Below are positions 30,983-42,853 of a stretch of 64,000 nt of DNA, one piece after another. The stretch's first letter is position 1. Every line of letters starts with the position of its first letter. The notes beneath the pieces were generated by a model. The model had not been told where the DNA came from. It saw nothing but the letters and a program-made list of their open reading frames with translations, and ran no database searches. Origin of the DNA: an uncultured Spirochaetota bacterium (lineage in GTDB: Bacteria; Spirochaetota; UBA4802; UBA5550); assembly GCA_963827275.1 (NCBI GenBank), contig CAWHAA010000005.1:745977-809976 (forward strand). The letters are read 5' to 3'. The position numbers and the translations under genes were made by a program.

Positions 30983-32251
30983 TCAGATATACCGCTTTAT
31001 GTACTCCCGGATCGCATTCCGGAGCATCTCGCGGAAAACAGGCTCGTTCTCCCTGTTGTAAAAATCAAAAAGACCCAGGAGGGAGCTTTTGTCATTGATG
31101 CGCTTGATGGAATAGAGCGCCGCCGATTTCACGTAGGTCTGGTCTTCCTTTTCCAGCACTCCGAACAGGACGGCGAGCGCCTGCCGGTTCCTGAAATTAC
31201 CCAGTGAATTGCACACCTCGGCCCTCACGCGGAAATCATCGTCCCTGAGCCCGCTGCTCAGGGCGGCAAACGACTGCTGGCTCCCCGCAAGGCCGAGCAC
31301 ATAGGCGGCCTTGACGCGGAGCCCCTGGTTCCGGTCATTGCGCAGGACCATGTCAAGCCCCCGCACGTCCCCGACCCTGCCGAGGCCCGAGAGGATCTCG
31401 AGCAGCAGCTCCTTGATCTCATTGTCGTCTTCGCCGGCAAGGCGGAGCGAGACCGGGTTCACCGATGTCATGGAGTTGATGCGGCTGATCGATTTCGCGC
31501 TTTCACTCCGGACGTCCCGGTTTTTGTCGCTCAGCGTCGCATGGAGGACCCCCAGGCCGTTGCCGTCCCGCAGGGCGCCGATGGCCTCGATCGCGGCGAT
31601 CCGCACCTCGTCATTCCTGTCGCTCATCGCGGACGTCCGTATGTGGACCAGGGACTCGGCGATCCTGTTCTCCTTGAGGCAGTTGATCACGTATATGCGA
31701 ATCGACTTGTTGTCGTCCCGCAGCAGGCCGGTGAGGGACTGGTAGAAGCGCCGGTCGTAGAGGTAATTCATGGCTTCGATGAAATAGATGCGGTGCACGG
31801 GATTCGGGCTGTTTACCATGCCCAGGATCACCGGGTACAGGCGGTCATCTCCGGTCTTCTTGAGGGCGCGCGCGGCGCTCTTCCGTATGGCGTAGTGCGG
31901 GCTCACGAGGCGGCGGGCGAGCGGCTGGACGAAGCGCCGGTCCATGAATTCCGACATGCCGTCGATGACCCGGACCGCGGTGCTCACCCGCACGGCGCGG
32001 TCGAGCAGCTCAAGCCAGCGCGTCCCCACCTCCTCGGCGGGAAAGGCGCGCAGTTTCTTCACCAGGTCCTGCCGCTTCGACTCGTCGGGCTCTTCCATGA
32101 CGGCGTCGATGAGGCCGTGCAACTCCCTCGATGAAACCCGCTCGGCCGCGTAAAGCTGCGCCGTCGCGCCGCCGCAGGCGCCGGTAAGCAGGGAGGGGCC
32201 GCAGAGGACCGATACCAGGACCACGGCAGCGGCGGTGATAATTTTTTTCAT
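30983..32251 (-). CDS. Secreted HEAT/PBS-lyase repeat protein
   Basis: Signal peptide MKKIITAAAVV; repeated DxxxxVRxxAxxAL units. Confidence 0.85.
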   Translation of the reverse strand: MKKIITAAAVVLVSVLCGPSLLTGACGGATAQLYAAERVSSRELHGLIDAVMEEPDESKRQDLVKKLRAFPAEEVGTRWLELLDRAVRVSTAVRVIDGMSEFMDRRFVQPLARRLVSPHYAIRKSAARALKKTGDDRLYPVILGMVNSPNPVHRIYFIEAMNYLYDRRFYQSLTGLLRDDNKSIRIYVINCLKENRIAESLVHIRTSAMSDRNDEVRIAAIEAIGALRDGNGLGVLHATLSDKNRDVRSESAKSISRINSMTSVNPVSLRLAGEDDNEIKELLLEILSGLGRVGDVRGLDMVLRNDRNQGLRVKAAYVLGLAGSQQSFAALSSGLRDDDFRVRAEVCNSLGNFRNRQALAVLFGVLEKEDQTYVKSAALYSIKRINDKSSLLGLFDFYNRENEPVFREMLRNAIREYIKRYI

Positions 32252-32435
32252 GCGTGTATTCATGTCGTGCCGAACGATACGCTCCGTTTCGCGTGCGCCG
32301 GATTTTGTCGCAGCGGGCACGGGCGGCCCGGCGGAAATAAGTTTTTTCTTAATAAAACAAGAACCCGGTTACACCGGGCCCCTTCTCAACCTCGCCGATA
32401 TGGTGCGCGCCGGAGCGCGCATCGCCGGTGCGCTG

Positions 32436-33044
32436 CTATTTCAAGACCCCGTGAAGATAGTACGTCGCCATGGAGTTGATAAGATTCTGGTTCAGGACGT
32501 TCTGTTTCGCGCGGTCAGTCTGGTAAACCACCAGCATGACGCCGCCTATGATCATCGTCGCAGTGATCTTCGGATCAAGCGTCGACTTGTAGATGTTCCG
32601 CTTCATCAGCTCTTCCACCTCATGCGCCACATGCTTCTCGATCGTCGCAATGGCAACGCCCACCTTTTCATTGACGTCTTCATCCACGCCGACGATCTCC
32701 TTGAAAATAAGCTTGATGACGATCGGCTCGCCCAGGATGACCGTGATGCACGATACCAGCCGCTTGTTCACGAACGCGAGGACCGCGTCAGTTGACGGGT
32801 TATGGGTGAAAAATTCATTGAAATCGTCCTGGTCGAAAATATCCTCAATACTTTCTATCACCACATCCAGGATGGCGTACAGGATCTCCTTCTTGTTCCT
32901 GAAATACTGATACACCGTGCCGCGCGCGATATCGAGCTTCTCGCACACCTGCCCGATGTGGGTGCTCTGGAAGCCGTTATCGATGAACATGTTCTTCGCG
33001 GTATCGACAATCTGCTGTTTTCTTCTTTCTCCTTTTGGTGGCAT
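32436..33044 (-). CDS. TetR/AcrR family regulator
   Basis: IVDTAKNMF...GFQST...IARGTVYQYFRNKKEI. Confidence 0.93.
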   Translation of the reverse strand: MPPKGERRKQQIVDTAKNMFIDNGFQSTHIGQVCEKLDIARGTVYQYFRNKKEILYAILDVVIESIEDIFDQDDFNEFFTHNPSTDAVLAFVNKRLVSCITVILGEPIVIKLIFKEIVGVDEDVNEKVGVAIATIEKHVAHEVEELMKRNIYKSTLDPKITATMIIGGVMLVVYQTDRAKQNVLNQNLINSMATYYLHGVLK

Positions 33045-33659
33045 GCCTACTCCCTCGCGGTTACCTGAGCGTTCTCTTGTTTTTATCTATAGAAGAACAT
33101 TTTAATTTTTCAATCTCTTCCTTTATGGGGATCAAGCTGTCCATTAATTCCCGCATGATCCTGTCTGCTTTTTCCTGCAATTCCCTGCTCATGTCCTGAC
33201 TGTCGTGTATGCAATAATGATTGGCCCTGTCTTGTTTATGCTCCCGCTCCTGCGGACGATAAACAGAGAGCGCCTCTTTATCTTCTTATCGAATTAATCA
33301 GGGAGACCCTTGATATAATTCAGGGGCTGATGAAACTAAAAAACGGACCTCATAATTAATCACGAATAACTAATTAGATATAAAATTTAATATATTACAT
33401 AATTCAGGATAATGTGTATGAAACAACAATATATTATTTTGGGTCAACAATTTTTCATAAATATCCAGTTTTTTTATAAAATCATTGGAAAAACAGGAAG
33501 AAAGCGGGTTACTATAGCGTATTATTATAAAAAATCTAGCGGGTGGGAATTATCCAGGCGTTTTTTCGAGGACTTAAAAACAGCAGCCCCTTGTAACAGG
33601 CTTGAGCTTATTACCAGGGGCCATGTTTTCCACAATCCCCTATCTTCATTGTACACCCC

Positions 33660-33944
33660 TTACAGGATTAAGGTTATGCAGCGGTATTTACCGATGACCC
33701 CAGTGTATTGCTTTCCGACTGGATCCTGTATTTTTGAACCAATCATCATGTACAGAAAATTCTGAACATCCTGAAGGCTCATGATGACCTGCTCGCGAAC
33801 TTCCTCGCCGGCACTGTTGCCGGTAGCAAACGGAAGGCTCACTTCAGGTTTTCTCCCGGCTGCAATCCCGCCGGCCTGTAAGTCGGTAAAATCACTGGAT
33901 CGTGGTATTGAATATGGTGCAGTGTTGATTACGTTGACATCCAT
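33660..33944 (-). CDS. Small hypothetical protein
   Basis: AAGGAGG RBS before MDVNVIN; the 3' end may be frameshifted. Confidence 0.55.
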   Translation of the reverse strand: MDVNVINTAPYSIPRSSDFTDLQAGGIAAGRKPEVSLPFATGNSAGEEVREQVIMSLQDVQNFLYMMIGSKIQDPVGKQYTGVIGKYRCITLIL

Positions 33945-34269
33945 TTCATTAACCTCCTTCCATGGATTCGTATCTATATTCATTTTCGACAAAATCATGA
34001 TTCTTTAATAAAAAAAAATATTTTTTTTCAAACTAAAACAAAGAAGCGGCCGGAAATCACCTGTTTTGACATTAAATGTGGTCATATTTTTAATAATATA
34101 TATTTTAATATTATTATATTCCTCCCGCTATAGTTATCGTGATTTTAGTACTTGACAACGGAAAATTCAAAGTAACAATCCCATTTCTTAAAGCGGTCTG
34201 GATCCACGGTGCTTGAATCTCAGAATGCGCTTATCATGCGGGATGGAGAGCGAATTTCCGGGTGAATAT

Positions 34270-35028
34270 ATGAGGAACAATACATTATTCTATAATCTCT
34301 ACCAGGTCTACAAGTACCTGGTCTTTTTCCCGCTCCTCGGCATCTCCACCACCGTGCTGTTCATCATCATTTTCATCTTCCTTTTCGTCGCCAGCGAGCG
34401 CTTCGTCCAGTTTGCCGGTATCCAGTGGGCACGGTTCAACAGCTTCATCACCCCGATGTTCGTGAAGGTCACCGGGGAGGAGAATATCGTCAAAAACCGG
34501 TCGTACGTGGTCGTCGCCAATCACCAGAGCCAGTATGATATATTTCTTGTATACGGCTGGCTCCCCATCGACTTCCGCTGGGTGATGAAGATGGAGCTGC
34601 GCAGGGTCCCGATCCTCGGCTATTACTGTTACAAGGCGGGGCACATCTTTGTGGACCGCTCCGACAGCAAGTCGGCCATAGAATCCATCAACCGGGCGAA
34701 GGGCAGGATCAGGGGCGGCACCTCCGTGGTCTTCTTCCCCGAAGGGACCCGCAGCGAAACCGGCGAGCTCCTGACATTCAAGAAGGGGGCCTTCAAGTTC
34801 GCCGTCGAGATGGGGCTCCCCATCCTGCCGATTACCATCGCGGGCACGAGGGACATCCTGCCCGCGAATACCACCGGCCTCTTCCCCGGCAGCGCCAGGA
34901 TGATCATCCACCCGCCGATCGAGTGCGCCGGCCTGACCGATGCCGGCATCAGCGACCTGGTGGAAAAGTCACGGGCCGTGATACTGAAAGGCCTCGAAGA
35001 CCACGCGGCACGGCGCGCCGATGCGTGA
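34270..35028 (+). CDS. plsC: 1-acyl-sn-glycerol-3-phosphate acyltransferase
   Basis: NHQSQYD, FVDR, FFPEGTRS, FKKGAF. Confidence 0.92.
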   Translation: MRNNTLFYNLYQVYKYLVFFPLLGISTTVLFIIIFIFLFVASERFVQFAGIQWARFNSFITPMFVKVTGEENIVKNRSYVVVANHQSQYDIFLVYGWLPIDFRWVMKMELRRVPILGYYCYKAGHIFVDRSDSKSAIESINRAKGRIRGGTSVVFFPEGTRSETGELLTFKKGAFKFAVEMGLPILPITIAGTRDILPANTTGLFPGSARMIIHPPIECAGLTDAGISDLVEKSRAVILKGLEDHAARRADA

Positions 35029-36411
35029 CCGGCTGTCCCGCATAATCGAGCGGACGCGCTCCCTGCTCTCATCGCACGGAAGCGGGTACGCCGAGGTCCG
35101 CCTTGCCGCGAGCAGCGGGACGACCATCTCCCTTTCAGGCGAACAGGTCGAGACCTTTTCCGCCGGCGACACCATCAGCGGGTCGGTCCGGGTGCTCAAC
35201 AACGGCGCGTGGGGCTTCATCTCCTTCAACGACCCGGAGGAGATCGAGCGGCATTTCAGGCGGGCGATGGAGATATCCTCGTCGCTGAACCCGCGGGAAA
35301 AGACGAAGATCCGCCGCCAGGACGCGGTGCGGCGCCGGTTCGTCACGGACGCACGCCGGCCCTTCGAGGCCGTTCCCCTGGAGGAAAAATTCGAGCTCAT
35401 CAGCGGCTACAACAAGATACTGCGGTCATCATCAAAGATACAGACGACCCGCGCGACATACCGCGATGTCCGCTCCGACTACGCCTACCTGAATTCGGAG
35501 GGCTCGGAGCTCACCTACGACAGGGCCTACTGCGGCGTCTCCTTCTCGTCGATCGCCAAGGACGGCGCGGTCATCCAGCCCTTCAGCGATTCCGTTTCCG
35601 GCTACGGCGGCTTCGAGATCGCGCAGGGCCGCGACGAGATGGCCCGCGGCGTGGCAAAGACCGCGGTCGATCTCCTCGCCGCGGAACCGCTCCCCGGGGG
35701 CACGTACCGGGTCGTCGCTGACCAGAAGCTCGCCGGCGTCTTCATACACGAGGCGTTCGGCCACCTCTCCGAGGCGGATTTCATCTACGAAAACGAACGG
35801 CTCAGGGAGATGATGGTCCTCGGGGCGCGCTTCGGCCCCGAGACGCTCACCGTCATGGACAGCGGCGACATGCAGCGGCCTTGCCGGCTACATCCCGTTC
35901 GACGACGAGGGGATCCTCCCGGGAGAGACCTTCCTCATAAAAAACGGGCTCCTGTCGCGGGCGGCTCCACTCGCGCGAGACCGCGGAAAAGATGGGCGAG
36001 CAGACCACCGGAAACGGCAGGGCCATCAGCGCGATGCAGCAGCCCATCGTGCGCATGACCAACACCTACATAGAGAACGGCGCACACGGCCGCGACGACC
36101 TGATAGAGGCCGCCGGCGACGGCGTCCTGGCTGCGGGCTTCATCGGCGGCCAGACAAACCTGGAGATGTTCACCTTCACGTCGGGCTACGGCCACGAGAT
36201 CAGGAACGGCAAGCTCGGCCCCATGTACCGGAATATCGAGCTGTCCGGCAACGTGTTCACCACGCTGCGGAACATCGAGATGATCGGCAACGACAGGATC
36301 ATGTACGGGGGCCTGGGCGGCTGCGGCAAGGGGGGCCAGAGCCCCCTGCCGGTCTCTTTCGGCGGCCCGCACCTCCTGATAAAAGACGTGCTGATCGGAG
36401 GGTCACAGTGA
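35021..36411 (+). CDS. tldD: TldD metalloprotease, apparent frameshift(s) at ~35870-35960
   Basis: FIHEAFGHLSEAD; GNGRA...PIVRMTNTYI; GCGKGGQ.PLPV..GGP. Confidence 0.88.
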
Positions 36412-37701
36412 TCGAACGGATCGCGGAACGCCTGTCGGGCAGGGCGCGCTGGTTCGATGTGATCGAGACCAGGGGGTCGAGCACCCCCATCTCGTTCGCG
36501 AACAACCGTCTCCACTCCGTCACCGAACGCCATAACAGCGGGTTCGGCGTGCGGGTGAACGTGAACGGCAGGACCGGCTTCTCCTACACCAACGACGCCG
36601 ACCGCCTGGAGCAGACCGCGGACCGCGCCCTCGCGCTCGCGGCGTGGGGCGACGAGGAGGACTTCGAGCTCCCCGGGAGCGCGCCGAAGCCCTTCGAGCC
36701 CCACGACCCCGCCATAGACTCGTTCGATGCCGCCGGGGAAATTGCCCGCATCGAGGACGCCATCGCGGCGCTCCGCGCACGGTTCCCCGCCGCAGTGATC
36801 GACGCCGGCGTCAGCGCGTCGTCCGGGCAGTCGCGGATCGTCAACTCGCGGGGCCTGGACGCGTCGTACCGCAGCAGCATCTACTCGTCCTACCTGTCGG
36901 CGACGCTGATCCTCGACGACGGGACGCGGGTCGAGACCGGCGAGAGCGCGTCGTCGCTCGCGCCCGAACCCCACGACGAGTTCAGGGAAAAGATCATCCG
37001 CAAGGTCGAGGCGGCGCTGCGGCCCGCCTCCCTCGGCAGCGGCAGGGTGCCGGTGGTCATGACGCCGCACGCGTTCGCGCGCCTCGCCGGCATCCTGACC
37101 GCGGGGCTGAGCGCGAAATCGGTGTGGAAGGGCATCTCCCCCTTCGCGGGCAGGCTGGGCGACGCAATGTTCGACGGGCGCCTGACCGTTACGGACGATC
37201 CCCTCATGCACGGCTCGCCCTACAGCTATCCCTTTGATGACGAGGGGACCCCGGCCGGGGAAAAATTCCTGGTGGAACGGGGGCAGGATCGGGACCTTCA
37301 TCAACGACCTGAAATACGCGGGAAAGCTGGGCGCGGCCCCCACCGGCAACGGCGCGCGCGGCTATTCGTCGCTCCCCTACCCTTCATTCAGCAATATCGT
37401 GATTGGGCCGGGGACCGAATCGCGCGACGCGATCATCGGGGGCATGGCGCGCGGCATCCTGGTCGAGCAGTTCCTCGGCCTGGGCCAATCGAACACCCTT
37501 ACCGGCGACTTCTCCGCGAACCTGGACCTGGCCTACCTGGTCGAGAACGGCACGATCACCGGCAGGGTGAAGGACTGCATGATCGCCGACAACCTGTTCA
37601 GGCTCCTGGCCGGCGAGATCGTCCTGAGCGCCGAGCGCGAGCGCGCCGGGTCGGTGCTGGCCCCCTTCATCCTCTTCCCGTCGGTTAATTACACCGGGTG
37701 A
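36408..37701 (+). CDS. pmbA: PmbA/TldE protein, apparent frameshift at ~37280
   Basis: PFDDEG, PTGNGAR, TGDFS; lacks HExxH; follows tldD. Confidence 0.85.
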
Positions 37702-37881
37702 CGGGGACATGCAATCCCCGATCATTAAAAGTAAAAATGGAATCGGGATTATACGAGGCGGACGAGCGGGACAATCCCCGATAAATAGTATAAAAATTAA
37801 ATTTGTATCGACAAACCGGCGCGGCCAGCGCTACCATTGCCCCATTCCGGGTTATTCCGACTAACGGCATGTAACGGACAA

Positions 37882-40283
37882 ATGCGCATAACAGCCGCCA
37901 AAAATATTATCATGACGCTGCTCGCCGCGGCATTCCTGCTCGCGCCGCCCCTGGCGGCGGCGCCGGCCGAGCCCGCGAAAAAATTCGATCCCTTCAAGAA
38001 ATTCAACAGGCGCCCCAGGATAGCGCTCGTCCTTTCCGGCGGCGGCGCCAAGGGGCTCGCCCACGTCGGGGTCCTCAAGATCATCGAGCAGACGGGCCTG
38101 CGGGTCGATTACATCACCGGGACGAGCATGGGCAGCATCGTCGGCGGGCTCTACGCGTCCGGGTACAACGCGACTATGCTCGAGGACCTGGTCATCACCA
38201 TGGACTGGGACGACTACCTTGCTGACGCGGTATCGCGCAGGAGCAGCGCCATCGAGGAAAAGGGGGAGTTTGACAAGTATCTCGCCTCGTTCCAGATACG
38301 CAAGGACGGCATCCAGCTCCCCACCGGGTTCAAGCGCGGGCAGAAGCTCACCGCGCTCCTGTCGCGCCTCACGCTCCATGTGCAGAACATACACGATTTC
38401 GACAAGCTGCCGATCCCCTATCCGCTGCGTCACGACCGATATCGTGACCGGCGAGGCCCATGTCATCAGGAGGGGATACCTGCCGGACGCCATGCGCGCC
38501 AGCATGGCCATCCCCTCCATCTTCACCCCCATTGAAATCGACGGCCGCCTCCTGGTCGACGGCGGCATCGTGCGGAACCTGCCCGTCTCGGACGCGAGGG
38601 AGATGGGGGCCGATATCGTCATTGCCGTTGACGTGGGCGCCCCCCTCTACAAGAAGGAAGAGCTCAAATCCGTGGTCAATATCATGGACCAGTCGGTGAG
38701 CTTCCTGGGGGCAAAGTCAACGAAGGAGCAGCAGCTCCTGGCGGACGTCCTGATCATCCCCGATATCGCCGGGTTCGGCGGCAGCGACTTCAACCGCGGC
38801 AGGGAGCTGATCGCCAACGGGGAAAAAGCGGCGCGCCTCGCGCTCCCGGAGCTGGAGAAGCTGGCCGAGCTGCAGAGCAGGTTTCCCTCCGACAGGAAGG
38901 GCCTGGTCCTGACGTACGACCTGGCGCAGGCAGGCAGCGTGAAGGCGAAAAAGGCCCAGCGGCTTGAGATCAACGCCATCGACATCCGCGGGCTCAGGCG
39001 GGTCTCGCGGAACCTGGTGCTGGGAAAGCTTGGATTCACCCCTCCCGCGCGGGTGGCCCCTGACGACCTCATGGAGGCGATTGACCGTGTGTATGCCAGC
39101 GGGTTCTTCCAGCGCGTCACCTATGAAATCAATACGGCTGAAGACGGCGGCATAATCCTGATCATCCGGGTCGAGGAGCTGTCAGGAACGTTTCTCAAAG
39201 TGGGCCTGAGCTACGATTCGGACATGAGCGCGGCGGTGCTCCTGAACATGACCCTGCGCAACCTTGCCGGGAAAGGATCGAAGGTCTCCCTGGACGCGCG
39301 CCTGAGCCAGTACCCGGGCGCCGTTCTCGCCTACTATATCCAGACCGGGCTGCGCAAACCGGGCCTGGGATTCGGCGTGAAGGCGCACTATGACAATTTT
39401 ACCATATACTCCTACAAGACCGGCGACCTCCAGTCGAGCTACAAGTACCACAATTACGGTCCGGACCTGTACGTGCAGGCGACGATCCTCCAGGACATCG
39501 CCCTGGGCATCGGGATACAGAAGGACTTTACCAATATCGTCGCGCAGATTGCCCCCAACGACCCGAAGAAGCAGGACGTGGAAGGGCTGAACTATTACGC
39601 ATACCTCATGTTCGACAACCTGGACCGGACCTTCTATCCCCATTCCGGCCTGCAGCTATACGGCGAGGTAAAGTACATCACCGACGACCTGCCGATGATG
39701 AAAAACACGGCAATGTACAAAAACTTCCTCAAGACCACGGCGCGGATAAAAGGATATATCCCCATGCATAAAAGGTTCTCGATGTTCCTGGGGGTCTCGG
39801 GTGGGTTCATCGTGGCGAAGGAGCCGTACTATTTCCACTTTGACGTGCCGGGCGGATGGAACGTGTACCAGAGAAAGATCCCGTTCATCTATGAAAACTA
39901 TATCGGCGGCCTGAACACCTATACCACGGGGTGCTTCCCTTTCACGGGGCTCAACTTCATGCAGATGTACGGCAAACACATGCTGATGGGAGATATCGGC
40001 TTCCAGATAGAGTTCTGGAAAGACCTGTTCATAGTCCTGCAGGGGCTCGGTCGGCAGGATCAAGGATAATTTCAGGGACCTGTTCAGGGAAAAGAACCTG
40101 ATCTGGGAGTCGTATTACGGCTACATCCTGCCGATCACCCAGCACGCCAGAAACGACATCAAGTACGGCTACGGCCTTACCCTCGCCTACAACTCGCTGA
40201 TCGGCCCCATCGAGATAACCCTGATGCGGGGGAGCGAGTCGAACAAGTTCCTGGTCCTCGCGAACCTCGGGTTCCGGATATAG
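37882..40283 (+). CDS. Patatin phospholipase-POTRA-BamA-type barrel fusion (PlpD/type Vd-like); apparent frameshifts at ~38420 and ~40045
   Basis: [16 protein letters not shown] patatin motifs; POTRA-like segment; C-terminal barrel ending ANLGFRI. Confidence 0.85.
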
Positions 40284-40305
40284 CCCGGTTCCCCGGCTTC
40301 CCGCG

Positions 40306-41025
40306 TCACAAAACGCTCATCACCGAAATTGCAGCGCCGCCCGCGAGCAGCGCGGACACGACCGCGGCCCAGGGACGCGGCCATCCTTCACCCCGCCGGA
40401 CCGCCTCTATGACGATGCACTGGGACAGGACGAAGGGGAGCGACAGGACCAGGAGGTAGAGCACCGCCACTCCGAGATCCTCACGCAGCCCGACGAAATA
40501 GAGCGGGACGAGCGCCGCTGAGACAACAATGGCGGCGATGTGAAATCTCATGAGGCTCTTCGAGTACGCACCGCCTTCCCGGTGCCGCACCAGGGAAACA
40601 AAGCCCGCTGCCGCGGCCGCCACGCCGTCGATGAACACCAGGCAGGCGCACAGGAGCCCCAGGAACTGGCCGGCGAGCATGTAGACCCCGTCGAAGAGAA
40701 ACTGGATGCCGGGGAGAAGGCCGATAACCAGCCCGCTGATGCCCGCCGCGATCGCGCGCCAGCACGAGGCGAAGGCCCCGAGCGCGCGCCCCGTCTCCTT
40801 TTTATAAAAGGAGAGCGCCAGGAGCAGCGCAAAGACCAGGAGCGCAATGACGTACATGAACGCCGCGTCCCCGTGCACCAGCTCGTACCCGCGGTAGGTG
40901 GCAATCTTCTTCGTGGAGCAATGCATGACGTCCACGTAGGGGAGCGTAAACGAAAAGATAAATGCGCAGTATAATGCCCGGAGCGCATGGGGCCGGACAC
41001 GCAGGGCCAGTTCCTTGATCGTCAT
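40306..41025 (-). CDS. Hypothetical multi-pass membrane protein
   Basis: About 7 hydrophobic segments; follows holA. Confidence 0.7.
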   Translation of the reverse strand: MTIKELALRVRPHALRALYCAFIFSFTLPYVDVMHCSTKKIATYRGYELVHGDAAFMYVIALLVFALLLALSFYKKETGRALGAFASCWRAIAAGISGLVIGLLPGIQFLFDGVYMLAGQFLGLLCACLVFIDGVAAAAAGFVSLVRHREGGAYSKSLMRFHIAAIVVSAALVPLYFVGLREDLGVAVLYLLVLSLPFVLSQCIVIEAVRRGEGWPRPWAAVVSALLAGGAAISVMSVL

Positions 41026-41041
41026 TTTGACCTCCTTTCCG

Positions 41042-42057
41042 CTACAGCGAATACAGAATGTCGGCCGCCAGGCCGAACACCGGGTTTGCCGCCAGCTCCT
41101 TCGAGGCGCCGCCGCTCTTCAGCCTGTAATCGGTCACCCCGATCAGCGTAAACACGCGCCGCAGCCGTTCCCGGGGAAACGATTCCGTGTAGCGGCGGAA
41201 TTTCTCCCTGTTCTTGCTGTAGACCCCGGCCCGGGACATCGCGTCCTCGGCCGGCAGACCGCCTTCAACCAGCGTGTAATAGGTTTCTATCATCTCCGCC
41301 TGCCGCAAAATCTGGTACACGACCCGCAGGTCGGGCGTCCCCTCCTCGTTGACCTTCCTGAACAGGGAAAGCGCCCGCGGCTCCCGCCTGAACAGGGCGT
41401 CGACAAAATCGTACACCGTCGCCTCCTTGAGGTCGTCGACAAAGTTCTTTATCATATCGGCGGTCACCGTGCCCGCCTCCCCCGAGAAGCGTGATCATGT
41501 CTATGGCGTCATCAATTTTCTTGATGTCATTGCCCGTGCGCGCGACCAGGAGGTCCAGCGCCCGGTCATCGATGGCGAGCCCCCTCTTGCGCATTGCCGC
41601 CGCTATGTAGTTATAGATGTCGTTGTCGTAATAGCGCCAGAACTGGACGATCTTGAACTGGTCCAGGGACTTTGCCATGACGGGGGGCGGCTTTATCTCG
41701 CGGGTGGTCATGATGAGGAGGGTCGAGTCGGGCAGCTCCCTCAACAGGTCCTGGAACAGCTCGCCCTGCTTTGCCGTAAGGGCGTCGATGTTGTACATGA
41801 CGCATACCCGCCGGGCGGAGAACATGGGCGGCGAGAGGGCGAAATCAACGGCGTTCATGAACTCGTCGTTCTCGATATGGAACCGCCCCGTGCCCCCCGC
41901 CCGCTCGTTCGGATCGTTGAAGGCCATCACGCATGATCCGGTTGATGCACTTGTCCTTCTCGCCCACCTCTTCGCCCAGGAAGAGGTAGCGCTGCTCCAG
42001 GCGGTCCCCGTCCAGCTCCCGCTTGAACTGCTTTGCGTTCGGATATTTTTCAGGCAT
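41042..42057 (-). CDS. holA: DNA polymerase III delta subunit; 2 apparent frameshifts (~41930, ~41490)
   Basis: YLFLGEE, SPPMFSARRV, LLVARTGND, DYRLKSG across three ORFs; adjacent to lptE as in many diderms. Confidence 0.85.
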
Positions 42058-42095
42058 GTCCCCTGTCCCCGCCGTTCATGCGGCGCAGCGTCGCG

Positions 42096-42683
42096 CTACG
42101 GCTTTCTCTTTTCGATATCGGTCATGAGGTCGGTGTACCATCCGGTCACCGTCTTCGCGGTGATCCGCTTCGCCAGGTCATCCAGCACGTATTCAAGGAC
42201 GCGGGCCTCGCTCTCGATCGGCGCCACGAGCTCGGAGTACTCCCTGAACGACTGGATGCCGGTTTCGTAAAATATCATCTTCCTGCGCCTGAGATCAGTG
42301 CAGCGCGCGTCGGCCGTGATCCGCATCCGCCTGGTGACGACCCTCCCGATCTCGTCAAACTTCATCGCCTGGATCTGGTACCCGGTGATCCGGACCTCGA
42401 GCCGCAGGTCGCCCATGCCTTCGTCGGTCTCGACCCCGAGCCTGCCGTCCATGCTGACATGTTCCCTGATCCTGTCATACAGTTTCGGGGGAAGGATGTC
42501 GTTGCCGGACGCGTTGACGGGAGGGGCGACATAGAGCCGGTTGGCGTTCCGCGGCACCACCGGTTCCCCCTCGAACTTTTCGGCGATTTTCCCCACCGTG
42601 GTCCCCTCCTCCCGGATATCGGAAAGGCAGGCGGACACGGTGATCGAAATCAGCCCCATGAATATGGCCAGCGTCACCCGCAT
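42096..42683 (-). CDS. lptE: LPS assembly lipoprotein LptE-like
   Basis: Lipobox VSAC; LEVRITGY...C-terminal helix DDLAKRI; upstream of holA. Confidence 0.7.
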   Translation of the reverse strand: MRVTLAIFMGLISITVSACLSDIREEGTTVGKIAEKFEGEPVVPRNANRLYVAPPVNASGNDILPPKLYDRIREHVSMDGRLGVETDEGMGDLRLEVRITGYQIQAMKFDEIGRVVTRRMRITADARCTDLRRRKMIFYETGIQSFREYSELVAPIESEARVLEYVLDDLAKRITAKTVTGWYTDLMTDIEKRKP

Positions 42684-42812
42684 ATTTTTTTCACGAATAA
42701 AAAAAATCCGCTCAAGTTTTCCCTCCGGGCCGCCGATCATAGTATTAATCATTTACACTCTTTGGTCTTCCCAATGATAGAAAAGGGCGGTCATAAGAAG
42801 ACCTTTCGCAAC

Positions 42813-42841
42813 AAATGGGATAGTTCGCTATCCCATTTTTT
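42813..42841. terminator. Intrinsic terminator hairpin
   Basis: AAATGGGATAG-TTCG-CTATCCCATTT just after the stop of the amylase/synthase gene. Confidence 0.75.
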
Positions 42842-42853
42842 ATTGCCGCGCCG

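Noticed and set aside
33980..34010. Sigma28 promoter (TAAA...GTCGAAAA) for the small gene at 33944
   Set aside because: Spacing is shorter than consensus; too weak to call
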